A DNA stretch of 63,983 nucleotides, counting the filler, from Parasitella parasitica NRRL 2501 (taxonomy: Eukaryota; Fungi; Mucoromycota): NCBI GenBank assembly GCA_025201805.1. It is 11 parts of 11 records of this genome, joined end to end, with 100 filler letters (N's around TTAATTAATTAA, not from the genome) between each part and the next. Parts side by side here need not be neighbours in the genome. Positions count along the whole stretch, not along the records: positions 19,901 to 43,610 come from MU619279.1; 10 more parts are not named here. The stretch is one strand, 5' to 3'. Position numbers and translations under genes: made by a program. Below are positions 24,311 through 38,277 of this stretch, piece by piece (positions within the stretch are counted from its first letter, which is position 1; the number at the start of each line of letters is the position of its first letter). The notes under the pieces are model-generated. The model was not told the origin of the DNA. It was given only the letters and a program-made list of their open reading frames with translations, and did not search any database.

Positions 24311-24887
24311 AGGCATGGCCATCGCTATCTACGCATAGGTTGCTTTCCACTGGGCGATGTGAAGTTTTATCAAAAGTTATCCGGAAAAAACAGTTTTATT
24401 CTTCAATATTTATCATGAATATCAGACATTTGCTCATAACTTTTGCTGAAATGACTGTTAGAACCGCGATCTAACTTGGAAAACTTAGCATTGACCTGGC
24501 ACTATCTGGAGAACACATTTGTATCCAAGTTTTTATTGAAATGTAAAAATTTATCTGCTGAAACCATACGAAAATAGCATATAAGCGCTGATAGGCTGCG
24601 ATAAAGAGCAAATCAAAGCCTTTCTTATGCGCCTTAAGTACAGGCATGATCATCGCTATCTGAGCATAACTGCGTTCCCACTGAGCGTTGTATCCATCCA
24701 AAGCTATCAGCAAAAACAGTTTTACTTTTCAATATTTATCATAAATATCACATATTTGCTCATAACTTCTGCTAAAATGATCGTAGAACCGAGATCTAAC
24801 TTGGAAAACTTAGCATCGACTTGGCGCTACTTGGTGACAACATTTGCATCCATGTTTTCATTGATATTTAAAAAGTTATCTGCAGAA
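24311..24887. repeat. Diverged direct repeat, ~250 bp x2 (24311-24562 and 24641-24887)
   Basis: Shared blocks such as CATCGCTATCT, TTCAATATTTATCAT and GATCTAACTTGGAAAACTTAGCAT at ~330 bp offset. Confidence 0.8.
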
Positions 24888-25047
24888 GCAGAATGATATT
24901 TTGAAAAAAAAAAGAAAAAAAAAATCTATGTAAAATTTACATTACTTCATTTTTCATGATGCGTAATAAAAGCAAATAGACAATAGTTTATTTTAATAAT
25001 GTAAGACAAATGAGAGAAAATAGGGTATGTACAATGTGATTTTACAA

Positions 25048-27086
25048 TTATATTTGAGTCATTTGTTGAGGAGCATCATCTTCATTTGATGATAATTCGA
25101 ATCCATCATCTTCTGCAATGATCTTATCAGCCAACTGAGATTTTTCAGATGTAATATATACTGGCGTCTTTTCGTTATTAGCGACTTTACTATCAATGAT
25201 GACTTGTTTGATACAAGAAGCAGGTGCATCATACATTGGTTCTAGTAGCAAATTTTCCTGCATACCACAAGAAAAATGGTTAAAACGAAAAGCAAAGATA
25301 TTTACAGATATATTAGCTTACCATGATTCTTCTTAATCCTCTGGCACCGGTTTTCTTCTCCAATGCATGTGCTGCAACGGCTCGTAACGCATTTTGACTA
25401 AATCTTAGATCAACGTTATTCAATTTGAAAAGTCCTTCGTACTGCTTTAATAATGAGTTTTTAGGTTCTTTCAGCACGCGGACAAGATCATCTACACGCA
25501 GGTTGTTGACAGAAGCAACTACTGGCACACGACCAACAAATTCAGGTATTAAACCAAATTTAACAAGATCAGTAGGCTCTACCTGGTGCAGAGAGTCTTT
25601 GCTTTCTTTTTCAATATCAGTGTCTGATTTCAATTGAGCAGCAAAACCAATTGACTTGTATGAAAGATTAGCTTATTAAACTTGCAACAATACTAACTCC
25701 ATTGACTTACTCCTTTAGACATGCGGTCACCAATAATTTTGTCTAATCCTATAAATGCACCACTGAGGATAAATAATATATTGCTGGTATCCACAGAATA
25801 TGTCTCTCCTTTACTTTGAGACATAGATCCGCCACCGTTTGGACCTCTTTTATGGTTGCCTGCACCGGATTTGTCCGTAACATTGACGACGGTGCCTTCC
25901 AACATTCTCAACAAGGATTGCTGAACACCTTCACCGGAAACATCTCTTGAAGCCGTATGACTGTCTGATCTTCGAGAAATCTTGTCAATCTCGTCAATAA
26001 AGACTATACCGGTTTCAGCTTTTTTAATATCGAAATCACAAGATTGAAGTAGTCTTTGAATAACCAGTTCGACGTCCTCTCCAACATATCCGGCCTGCGT
26101 GAAAGGTGTAGCATCAGACATTGAGAATGGTACTTGTAATACTTGGGCTAACGTTCTAGCTAATAAAGTTTTGCCTGATCCGGTTGGTCCAATCAACAAG
26201 ACATTACTTTTATCGTGAACAGTACTCTCCTCTTCTTCCAAACTCTCGTCCACAAATTCATTCGAAGAAGATTTCAAGTCATCATTCCCAAACGTAACCT
26301 TGTCATTACTGGCTTCTGTGGGTGGATTTAGCCAAGCTCTCCGTTGTGCACCTATCATGTTTTGAATTAGTCATGCACTAAATTACAAGGAGCAAAAGAG
26401 TACTTACCAAATGACATATTTCTTTCAGTGGACGGGAATTCTGTAGAGTGTGGTTGAATGGGTATTTGACTCGAGTAGTAGCCATCATGATGTGGGGTTG
26501 TAGGCTGATGATGATGCTCAGCATGATGTCTTTCATCGACAGCGATAACTCCGTCAAGATTTCCAGCCTGCTGTTGCTGCTGTTGGTGCAATTGCTGCTG
26601 GTGCTCTTGTTGAAGCTGCTGCTGTTGGTGTAATTTCTGCTGATGCAAGTATTGTCTCTTCATATTGGCTCTGACACGGTTGTAATGGTTGAAAATGGCA
26701 ACAGCAAGAACCTTTTTTGCTCGTTCTTGACCAATAACATATTCATTGAGATGTTGTACAATCTAATCATGTGTATCCAATACATAAATACACAAATACA
26801 CACAAACATATACAAAGTTTTCAACACTTACAGAGCGTGGATCAGCAATTTGGCCAAGGTCCAGATGGGCAAATGGATCTTCTGATCTTTTGGATGAAGA
26901 TGACGATGAGTGTGAAGAAGGCGGGTTAGGCATATTTGGGAAATCGCCTCTTCCCATGAGACCTCCTCCAGTGTATTCAGCACTGTGATAAAATCGAGTT
27001 GACTTCGACAAAATGCTCAACAAAGCCGCAGGTTTTGTATAGCAAGATGCCTTCAGAATAGGTGTATAAATAGATAGAATCCTCAT
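25048..27086 (-). CDS. clpX: Mitochondrial ClpX AAA+ ATPase (multi-exon)
   Basis: [93 protein letters not shown] introns and a presequence-like N terminus. Confidence 0.96.
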
Positions 27087-27273
27087 AACTACTAGAGAGA
27101 AAAACAAAGCAAGAAGGGAAGAAAAAAGAATGTGTTGAAAAAATGATGATGATTTTTTATTCATAATCTCTAGAACCAATCATCTTATATGTGTCTCCTC
27201 AAATCTTCAGATTTGAATTACCGTAATTTATAGAAAAAAACGTATTTGCATAAAGGTTTTATATGTACAATGT

Positions 27274-28255
27274 TTAAAAGGTAACATGATTACCACTGCT
27301 TCCACCGATGCTTCCACCACGAGAGCTACTAAATCCACCGCGGCCGCCACGAGGGGCACCATTGAATCCTCCACGGCCACCACGATCTCCACCAAAACCG
27401 CCACGGCCACCATAGCCACCACGGCCACCACGATCCCCACCGAATCCGCCACGGCTACCGCCACGACCACCGCCACGGCCTCCACGATCCCCACCGAATC
27501 CGCCACGGCCACCTCCGCGGCCACCACGATCTCCACCGAATCCACCACGGCCACCACGGAAGCTTTGTTTCTTTTCTATCTTTCCTTGGAGACCAGTGGG
27601 TTTGGAAACTGTAAACAACTCTGTTAGGGAAATGCTTGGTTTATGCAGTCTATTCATCGCAAGTGTATCTACCTTTGCCAGCGACCTTGGGTTTAGGCAA
27701 AAATCTATCCATTGGCAAAAGTTTATCAAGCCCAATGTATACCTTGTCGTCTTTTTTAAATGAGGCGGAATTTTGGCCATCCTGCATCTTGACTGTAAAG
27801 AAAACTTCGTTCAATGGACCGAGAATTTCATCAATCTTGCCGATGAGTGTCTTGTCTTGAAGATAGATGGGCGCATTAAAGAATGGGATCTTGGGGTTGT
27901 TTAATTTACAGACCATTTCACCTTCACATGCACTCTGAAAGTTGCCAACGACTGATACCACAATAAATGTGATTTTAGCAAAATGTACTAGCTCAAAGCA
28001 ATAAAAGAAAAAAGAAAAAAAAAATATTACCAACAACTTCAGCAGGAGGACCTTGATTAAAAGAATTGCTGAAACCACCACGTCCTCCACCTCGGCCTAC
28101 AGAATTATTTAGAGCCTGGTTAGTGAGGTTTGCAACATGGACAATATTGGGCTATTTTGACATTTAGACAAAATAAGTTGGGCTCAGTATACAATACCTC
28201 CACGTCCACCGCCGCGTCCACCGCCTCTTTGTTCACCGTAGCCACCTTTTCCCAT
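27274..28255 (-). CDS. GAR1: H/ACA snoRNP subunit Gar1 (multi-exon)
   Basis: Core CEGEMVCK...[23 protein letters not shown]...[11 protein letters not shown] flanked by RGG repeats. Confidence 0.95.
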
Positions 28256-28540
28256 GTTGATGTATTAAAAGAGTTTACCTGTTTGTTGAGGGGAAGAAAA
28301 AAAGGTTTTAACAAATGTCAAAATTTTCATGAACCAAATCAAAACGGTCACCGCTGATAGCTTTGAACAACCGAGATGCAACAATGTAGAGTATTCAACA
28401 GAGGTTGTCGTCATCAAGGACATGTAAATGTGGAATAAAGGACAATGTGTTCTCCTTTCTTTTTCTTTTTTCTTTTTTTGCTTTTCTTCTCTTTTACTCT
28501 TATTTCGTTTGCAACTAAACTTTAAGGAATAGAAAGAAAT

Positions 28541-28725
28541 ATGGGGTTTGGTGAATGGTCTGATGATGAAAATGCTAGCCGCAATCATGGTCGTGATAAG
28601 TTTCGACATGAACGAAGCTTAGAGCGTGAAAGATACGGTGAAGAATATGAACGTTACGATCGCAAGAAGCGCGGTCGACGTAGCCCTACTCCTCCTGAAG
28701 GTATAACAACCATCTTTCCTTCTCT

Positions 28726-28758
<33 letters not shown>

Positions 28759-31153
28759 TCCATCATTTATAAATCCATCCTCTTTTTTTTTTATCCTTAC
28801 TCTATTATTTTATTCTTAAAAATGATATAATCGTAGACCGTCGACACAAACGAAGACCATCATACTCTCCTCCGCCAATGAGAAATTATCGAAACAATAG
28901 AGACATCAGAAGCGATCCTGAAACGGATCATTACATCCCTAACTATGAACGTGATGGCTACGTGCCTGGTCCTCGCTATGGAAGCAAACCTGACTTGACT
29001 GGGCCTCTTGCTTTTGGTAATAGCAATCCTGCTGGCAGTCCTGGTATAGTTGGCAGTAATGGTGGTGGATATCCAATGATGGGTAAGCTGAATAACACCA
29101 ACAATGCTGTAATTCTTGTATTGATTTCGACAATTTAGACATAATGAATCCTGCAATGGTGAATCAAAGTTGGACTGGCAATGTCGATAGGTATGTTTTT
29201 GGGGAGAGTAGAAAAATCAGTGTTGATTAACCTGCATTACGTTAGGTTTACGCCGGTCGATCCTGCACAATTGGATTATCTTGTACCCTTTAAGCATTTT
29301 TTTGAATATACTAGAAGAACAGCCACCAGACGCATCGACGATGAAGATATGCAGAAAAGATTCGCTCAATACAAGGAGAAATTTGCAGTTCGTTTATTAG
29401 CACAATTCTTTACTGCCAACAAAGACAAGGAATGGTTCCAAGATAAATATCACCCTACTGTTTCGATTCCTCGACAGGACGACATTAAAGCTCGTAGACG
29501 TCGTTATTTGAAGGATTTTTTGGAAGAATTGGAACGTGGTGATTTTGATGCAGTCAATTATGATAAGGATGGACCAACAACTGCACAGAATGACGAGGAC
29601 GAGCTCACTGAAGCTATCAGCTCTGACTCAAATGAAGACGATGCTAATATAGAGTACGACACAAAGCTAGTTATCAAGACTGTGCCACCTACAATTGCCA
29701 GAGAAAAGATCATGGAGGTGAGAGAGGCTCAGTAGCGATCATTAATCTGTGTATTAATTGTGGATATTAGATGTGTAGAAAAATCGAAGGGTTTGATTAT
29801 CTTTCCCTGTCGGAACCAGGGCCAAACAAGAAATTTCATCGTATTGGTTGGATCAACTTTAAGGAAGGCACTGACATGAAGAAAGTATTTGCACAAATGG
29901 ACAATCAAAAAGTCGATGATTTTGTATTTCATTTGGCTATGAATCGTAAAAACACGCTTCAAACTCGTGCTCCTAGAATTGCTCCTGACATCACCAACAC
30001 CACTGAACGGCTGCAAAAAGATCTGGAGCAAGCCAAAGAACTTGCTTTAGCTCTAGAATCCATATTGGGAGAAGATACACAGGAAGGCTTGAGGGCTGTT
30101 GAAGCTCGGGCACAAAAAGTAATCAACGAACACAAACCAGAGGAATCCAAGGAAGGGGAGAGCGAAGATGGTAAAGCAGAAGAAAGTGTAGATAGATGGA
30201 ACTTGAAGAAGTCGCTGGATATTACCATTGCATATTTGAGGCGTGTTCATATGTATTGCTATTATTGTGCTTTAGAGTGCGACTCAGCAGAAGAGTTAGC
30301 CAGAAAATGCTGTAACCCCCACTGCCGTACGATTGCAAGCGCACCAGCAGACGAAACTGCAGATCCCAAGCAAGTGGCTAAAACGGAAAGAGGAGGTATG
30401 TACATGATTGGAAATCAATACAACCGTAAAACTCAATCCTTTGACATAGTCGCACAATGGGTCAAAAACTTGGACCAGAAAATATCACTCAAGATTCATA
30501 CACCAGATGACCGTGAATTAAAACGTTTGGGTGGCCGTGTATTACAGACGTAATTAAGATACAGTTTACTCGTATTGAATGCAGCTAACATATCCAACTC
30601 TAGTGAAATTGACGATTATGTTAAAGCGCATGTTTTGAAGGAACATGACTCCAAGTACAAATGCCAAGTTGGCGAGTGCTCGAAAGCATTCAAGGGATTT
30701 GACTATGTAGAAAAGCATATTTTATCTAAACATCCAGAAGAAGCAGAACGTATCAAGTCGGAAGTCGAGTATTACAACAACTACGTTTGTGACCCAAATC
30801 ATATTATTCCTAGTACAGTTAATCACAACACACAAATGATGCCCATGAATATGCCATTCGCAAGTGGACAGCAACCTTTCATCATGTCACATCATCAAAA
30901 TATGCGCATGAGCGGCTTGCCTGCAGCTGTTCCTGGCACACCTTGGGATCAAATACCTCGTATTGGCTTTGGTGGTGAGAATCCTGCTGGTTGGGCTAGT
31001 GCTGTCAATGCCGCAAGAAGATCAAGAACCATCTCTGGCAATGCTGCTATGATGGATTTGGAAGAATCGCTTCCAAGAGACCCTCGTCAAGTCAAATCAT
31101 ATGTTGATCTCGACGCTCCTGCTGAGGGTGATTCGAACATTTCATTTTATTAA
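28541..31153 (+). CDS. ARS2: ARS2/SERRATE RNA effector homolog (multi-exon)
   Basis: GRDKFRHERS N terminus, FF...KDKEWFQDKYHP, RRM-like LSLSEP...FHRIGWI, YLRRVHMYCYYC, C2H2 finger CQVGECSKAFKGFDYVEKHILSKH, and C-terminal DPRQVKSYVDLDAP. Confidence 0.92.
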
Positions 31154-31457
31154 AGAAAAAAAATACACACACACACACACACACACATATCTTTTTGAAT
31201 AAATCAACCTTTGTACAAACAATATTGTTCTTTTTCGTGTATGAAACATGCTTGAAGATGATACTTCCATTCTATGCTAGATTGGAGATTCGGTTATATG
31301 TACATGGGTATTTTATTAAAATAGAAAAAGAAAGGAGTGTGTGTAGTTTACTGTTTGTACCAACTTTTACATGAATACTTCCATTCAAAACTAGAAGTGT
31401 CTCAATAATCAGTATCGCCGCGACCTAGACTTTGTCCCCGAGATGCCCCTTGCGTAT

Positions 31458-32787
31458 TTACGTGCTTACAGATAAGCTCGTAGATGTGCTTGCGCTTTTG
31501 GTACGTTCGCGCGTTGCAGATGAAGCTGAGGATGTAGCTTTGGGTGTAGCTAGTGCTGTTGTAGACGACGCTGGCGCAGTTTTGTTTTTAGGTGCAATGG
31601 TGCCCTTGTCTGACGAGTCAAAAAGAGGGTATTTGAAGGACTCCTCCCAGTAGGGCTGTGTAATACCGTTGCAGGATAATGCAGGAACAACATTGAAGGT
31701 TTGTCTTAACTTGGGTAACCAAGAAATGGACATTTTTATGGTATTAGGATTAAGCTCATGTTCTAGCACAATGTGGCCAGACTTGTCTTTTCCGGTCTTG
31801 TAATTCTTGATCCAGGTTTTGAAGTAGCCATTCACATTTTCGACTGACAATGAACCTTCATTCTTGTAGCGTATGTTCCAATCCTCAGTATCTTCATCCC
31901 AAAGAACAGTTTTCATACCCATCTGATGTGCAATTGCGCGCACACGATCATCAACGTCTCCCTGAGGTGGACGGAAGCATCTTGAAGTGACGCCAGTGGC
32001 AGCCTTGATAGCTTTGAGTGTCCAGTAAAGTTCCGCTACAATTTCGACGTTTGTTAAAGTCGTTAATACTCTATGCGACCATGTATGCACGCAGAGTTGA
32101 TGGCCATTTTTCAGCCCAAGACGCGCTGCATCCGGAAACTTTGCTACGTTAGAGCCAATGTACTATGTTTGTACGCATATAGATGATTAGCCTACAAAGA
32201 TATACGGTATATACACAAACTACACTTACAAATAATGTTGCATGGAGGTTATTTTCAGCCAAATAGTTTAGTAGGTAAGGTTCTGCATACTTGTTTGCAG
32301 TTTTATCGCTGCCTAGATTATATGGGCCGTCATCATAAGTCAAGCCCCAATCTCCTTTCTTGGGGCACTTATAAATATCTGGAGGAAGGTAACTAGCTTT
32401 AGGCTTTACACATTGCGTTGAGCTCCACCAACAGTAAGGGTCAGAATCTCCATCGGAATTCGACACCCAGCTACCGTCTGGATTTTGCTTTCTTACAGGA
32501 GCCTTTGGAATTTTAGTAAGATCGAGTTGCTTGTATACTGCTTGCACTTCTGGGCTTGATGTATCAGGAGCTCCCCATGGCTCCGGAAATCCCTTCAAGG
32601 CAGCAGTGGATAATTTTTTCGCGGTGTCATATGGGCCTGACTGGTACGATTTCACCACGCCAGTAGGCTCTGGCATTGAGGGAAAGGATGGAGAGAATTG
32701 AGGCGCAAGGCCTGAAGATTCTTTGATTGTTGCACTATAAACTTGAGCAACAGCTGCAAAGAGAACAGCTGTTTTTGTAATAATCAT
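31458..32787 (-). CDS. Secreted chitin deacetylase (CE4 / NodB domain)
   Basis: Signal peptide, WGLTYDDGP, HTWSH, FRPPQGDVDDRVRAIA, GHIVLEHE, Ser/Thr-rich tail. One intron near 32150-32230; the 3' end is uncertain. Confidence 0.92.
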
Positions 32788-32801
32788 ACTAGAGAAATAA
32801 C

Positions 32802-32833
<32 letters not shown>
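32802..32833. repeat. (AAT)n microsatellite in the chitin deacetylase 5' region
   Basis: About 10 units seen directly. Confidence 0.9.
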
Positions 32834-32835
<2 letters not shown>

Positions 32836-34768
32836 GAAAAGACGTATCAGTGCTGGCCTAAGGGAAAGAAAGAGTAATTTTATAAATGGGAAGCAAAGTA
32901 ATCAAAGATATCAAGACAGGAGACTGAAAGAGGGGATAAATCGGTAGAAATCAGGTCAATGGCATCCACGTTAATTGCAGTAATCCAGGTGATGTCTGCT
33001 GAATAGACATTATACAGATAACGTATCATTGTTAGCCCCGGTCTTTTATCAATAAACCAATTTGCTAGTTCCTATATAAGACAAAGAGGGTCTGAATCGA
33101 GAGAGAGAGAGAAACCCCCCCCCCACTTGGTTGATATCCTGCCTTTTCCTGAACGAACATTTGGGCAAAAATTTTCCGTAGTATTTTGATGTATTGTCAT
33201 AATTCCGGAAAGAGCCCCAAAAAGACATGATCACAAATATAAATTATAGTATAACAGAGAAATATTGTAATCAAGAGGGGGTAATCTAATTGTGTCTATT
33301 TCGTAAATCTGATAGATATGATAACGCCATATTAATTTAAATTAATTTGATAAAAAGAGCACTGCGCTTTGAAAACCATTATTGCCAGCACTTGGATTAT
33401 TAAGACAATGGTGACTAAACAAAAACGTTTGCTTTGTTGGCTATAATTTTGAGTTTTGGTATAATTAAAAGACTTTAAGGAGACAAAGAATACATGTTTT
33501 ACGTTGAGCAAATTTTCGAACAATTCCTATTATCAGTTGGCACTAAAAAACAATGGATCATTATCTTTATTTACCTATTATTACTATTTTTTCTTGCATT
33601 CCATTGAAAATGGGTCATTGAGTAAGTGTTTCAAACAAAATAAGCTTTTTTGAAGGGGTGGTGGTGGGGGGGGGGGCTTTCCAGTAGACGATTGCTTTAT
33701 GGAGAATCTAAAACTTTGGTAAAAGCTCTGACCGGAAATTAAAATGCAAAAGGTCGATCCCTGTTGAGCTTGTTCTGGATTGTCCATTTGACACCTTGTT
33801 GCTTATTAAACAGTTTTTTCTTTTTTAAATCATTAATTAATCAATTTCACATATTACTTGAATAAGCTATAAAATTTATTTCTGCACTTAATGGTATTTT
33901 TTATTTATCTCTCCATCTATTAGATATCGCGCTAATAGCAAAAAATCAAATATCAGTAATTTGCCAAGAAGTCGAAAACTTTGATAAAGAGAAAACAATT
34001 AAGTGTAACCAAAAAGAAGATATTGGTCCACACTTTTTTTGTTATTAGTAAATAGCTTAGTAAAAAGTCTTGATTTCAAGGTCATATGTCGAATTTTGTC
34101 CAAATCGCCATTTTTTGCCTACCATCACAAGGGGAAATTCTTGAAAAATGAAAGATTTGCAAGTGTCGAAAAAAAAACATTAGGATGATACTAGGGAATA
34201 AGGGGAATCGATTGATATGCTTTAGAGTTGCAGCAGTTAACATTTGCGATCACGACGCGCTCATTCAAGTCGAGATTTAGCGCAACAAGGCCATTTCGTC
34301 GTACGTTTCCATGAATAGAACCTTGTTTTGACAGATTTTTTCGAATGAAAAGAAAATTCCAGGAGTAAATGGCATCTAATAGACGCCAAATCTTTGTAAT
34401 AAACAAAATATAATGTGCTTTATCGAAGCATACAAGACAATTTTTTAACCGTTCTTAAGGTTTCAGATCCTCAAAGGATTACGTCGATTCATTTAAGGCT
34501 ATTTGCTCCATAGTAATAAGAGCCTACTTGATGTGTTTAGCGATGAGCTTTTTAAGATCTAATGTAATATCGAATACCTGTATACAAAGTTGCTAGAGAT
34601 CAACAACCTTAACATATCCATCGCAACATGGTATAGACATGCGGAGTTAGTTTCCAGACTTGAATCAAATCTTTCATGTAAATCTGGTAGTTCAAGTAGT
34701 ACGCAGCTTTTTTTTTTTTTTTTTTTATTACTATTTCTCTTTTTTCTCTCATCGCGGAATTGACACCA

Positions 34769-36052
34769 ATGGATTCTGACGACGCAGAAGAAGTCAATAT
34801 CAAGACAGAGAACAGATACAGCAAAGATGCAAAAGTAGGCGAGGGTACCTACGCTGTTGTCTACAGTGGTTAGTATTTTTTTTTTTTCTTTTTTTTCAGC
34901 TTCTCTTCCTTCTCCTTCTTACGATTACTCGAGGCACCTCAATACAAACTGGAAGAAAGGTAGCTATTAAAAAAATCAAAATGGGTCAATTCAAAGATGG
35001 ACTGGATCTCACAGCTATAAGAGAAGTGAAATACCTTCAAGAATTGCACCATCCAAACGTAATCGAGGTAACTTTTTATGGGATTTGATCAAAGAAGAGG
35101 AACAGTATATTCACCCATCTTTCATAGTTGATCGATGTCTTTTCGCATAAAACCAATTTGAATCTAGTGCTGGAATATCTAGATTCAGACTTGGAGCAAG
35201 TGATCAAGGATAAGAGCATCTTGTTTATGCCAGCAGACATTAAATCGTGGATGCTAATGATGTTGAGAGGATTGGATCACTGTCACCGACATTTCATATT
35301 ACACAGGGTAAAGCAATCAGAACGTTATTAGGGACAAGATGGATACTTATACATTGTACAAAGGATATGAAGCCAAACAACTTGCTGCTAACAAACGAAG
35401 GCGTCCTTAAGATTGCGGATTTTGGCTTAGCACGGGATTGGGGAGATCCGGGAAAGCAAATGACATCTCAAGTAGTTACAAGGTATAAAGAAAGAATACA
35501 AGACTGGGGTTGTCATTATTTCGGCTAACCCAGCGGCTTTATAGGTGGTATCGTTCTCCTGAGCTACTATTTGGAGCAAAAGAATATTCTTTTGCAGTTG
35601 ACATTTGGGCTGTGGGATGTATATTTGCCGAACTCATGCTGAGAACACCCTATGTAGCAGGCGATACCGACATTGATCAGTTGACAAAGATTTTCCACGC
35701 ATTGGGCACGCCCAGCGAAACAGACTGGCCTGGAATGAGTTTACTACCAGACTATATCCAGTTCAAATCATTCCCCAAGGTCCCTCTTCGACAATACTTT
35801 ACAGCAGCAGGCACAGATGCGCTTAGTTTATTAGAGCAGATGTTGGTTTTTGATCCCAATCGTCGATGGACGGCAGAGGAATGTCTAGGCCATTCGTATT
35901 TTAGAAACACGCCCTTGGCTACTAATCCTTCGGAATTGCCTCAAACCAAAAAGCCAGACGCTGCTGATGTTTCTGCTTTGAAGCGTAAAGCTGGACATAG
36001 CGACAATTTTCAGGACAAAAAGGTACCCAGAAAGCTGAACTTTGCTGTGTAA
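34769..36052 (+). CDS. CDK7: CDK7/Kin28 TFIIH-CAK kinase (multi-exon)
   Basis: [66 protein letters not shown]. Confidence 0.93.
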
Positions 36053-36371
36053 CTGGCAGAGAGCAGTAGCCGTCGAGTCACGTAAAAAGCAACCAAAATA
36101 CTCGTTGTCAAAAAAATAAATAAATCTTTTCTTCTTTTTTTTTTTTTTTTTNNNNNNNNNNNNNNNNNNNNNNNNNNNNNNNNNNNNNNNNNNNNNNNNN
36201 NNNNNNNNNNNNNNNNNNNNNNNNNNNNNNNNNNNNNNNNNNNNNNNNNNNNNNNNNNNNNNNNNNNNNNNNNNNNNNNNNNNNNNNNNNNNNNNNNNNN
36301 NNNNNNNNNNNNNNNNNNNNNNNNNNNNNNNNNNNNNNNNNNNNNNNNNNNNNNNNNNNNNNNNNNNNNNN

Positions 36372-36424
<53 letters not shown>

Positions 36425-36467
36425 TGATGATTTATTATAATATTAAAGATAAAACTTCTTGCTTAAG

Positions 36468-36886
36468 GATAAACCACTTGATGCCTTTTCAGCTACACAA
36501 ATCCAAAAGGCCACACATAACCGTAAAGCCTCGCTTGATGTTTTCTAATTCATGTACAATGATATTTATTCATTTTTTTTTTCTTGTATAGCTTTTGCAC
36601 CCCCTTCATTCAACTCTAAAAAAAAGACTATCAGCTGTAAAAAGTGTACCCCTACTCAAACAACGCACCTCACTTGTATGATTTGCAGCAAGAATTTGCC
36701 CTTGGATAAATTTGCCAAGGTAAGGATGAATAATTCAACCTGTTTTTTTTTTTTTTTTTTTTTTTTTTCATCTAGTCTCAACGCCGAAACGCAGAGAAAG
36801 CTCGCTGCATCAAGTGCATCAAGAAACGTGAGGATGAAGATGTCTGGGCTTCTGATACAGAAACTGATAGCGATGATGACTACTAA
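36468..36886 (+). CDS. Stc1-domain zinc-finger protein (partial; first exon presumably in the N gap)
   Basis: Spliced translation DKPLDAFSATQ...ISCKKCTPTQTTHLTCMICSKNLPLDKFAKSQRRNAEKARCIKC followed by an acidic tail. Two GT-AG introns. Confidence 0.75.
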
Positions 36887-37079
36887 AACCATACGATATC
36901 ATAACGCTTTCTTTTATTGTATCATTATTATTGTCGTTATTACTACAATTGCTCACAAGAGGATGGATAAACAAAACAAAACAAAACAAACAAAATAAAA
37001 CAAAAAAGAAAAGTTTATTCAAATAATCATTAAATGTTACATGTGTATGGTTTGTTTTATACAGTACAGTCTTCATATA

Positions 37080-38236
37080 TCATTTTCCACCTAGCCAACT
37101 AGATGAAAAGTTGACGCTTGTATTGTCCCGATCAGATGGTATAGGCCGGATAGCTGCTGGTCCGATGCCCTCATAATCAATGTGCATTCGATGTAAACTA
37201 CGTTTGTTACGAATCGGTATCGGAGGGGTGGACCGAATGCTGTTAATGGTGACGGATGCGGATGTAACGGGCATTTTTTGACGTCCTTTGAGTGTATTAC
37301 TGTTGTAGCTGTTGCGAGGATATTTGGCATGTATATTGTTATCTTTGGGAGGGGCCACGTCTATTGCCGCGGTTACTGCCAAAGGTTTTCGAAATGTAGG
37401 CATAGTTGTGGCAGTAGTCGCAGCTACGTGTTCCCCGTCTTGATCTGTCAACAAGTGGTCATATGCAGTGTCTGCTGGTGGGCTTAATATTAATGTCGAT
37501 GAATTCGTAGTTGTTTTAGTGAGTGTAGACCCTCTATCATAGTAATGTTGATCGGAAGTAGAGGTTGTCGAAGCTGTAGTAATGGATGGAGGAGTGTTCT
37601 TGTCTCGGTTTGTATCTGGTTGCTTACTGTTGCTGTTGCCGTTGCTATTGCTGCTGTTTGAAAACATGTTTGCAAACCAAGCCAAAGGCCTTGGATTGCT
37701 GTCGATAGTAGTTGCAGATATATTTGACTTGGAAGACGCAAATTTCAACATGGATTCACGCTTGAGCCGTCTCTTTTTAAGGATTTCGTTTTCAACTCGC
37801 AGCCTACTTTCTTCGACTTTTTTGACATACTCTACCTGTAGCACATTCATTGTATTTCTGAGAATACCCAATTCCTTGAGCGCGTCCTTGAACAAGTCTA
37901 CAAGAGGAAAAAAGGCCGCCGTGTCTACTCCTGCTGTTTTAGCCCATAGAAATCGAGTGTCTAGTATATCCACATCCATTAAAATATTGTCAATAATAGA
38001 GTTGCTCATATTGCTCAGTTCTGTGATTTCGAATGCACGCTTCAATCGTCTATTCAACGCTCTGATGTCAGATCCCCTTAATCTGTCCAAAATTTGTGTT
38101 ACATGTTCTTGTAACAATGTAAAGGGTGATTTCGTGACACTGAGGTCTGCTGTTGTCACAGTCCCACCGTCGATGGTAATAACCGAAGATGTGGAAGGGG
38201 TAGGCACCAATTCTCGCTGGTTAGGCTGCTGGTTCG

Positions 38237-38277
<41 letters not shown>

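Noticed and set aside
27286-27627. Thr/Ala-rich mucin-like ORF and other antisense ORFs (e.g. 37582-38439, 44047-44448)
   Set aside because: Shadows of GAR1 RGG repeats, of real genes on the opposite strand, or of low-complexity UTR sequence.
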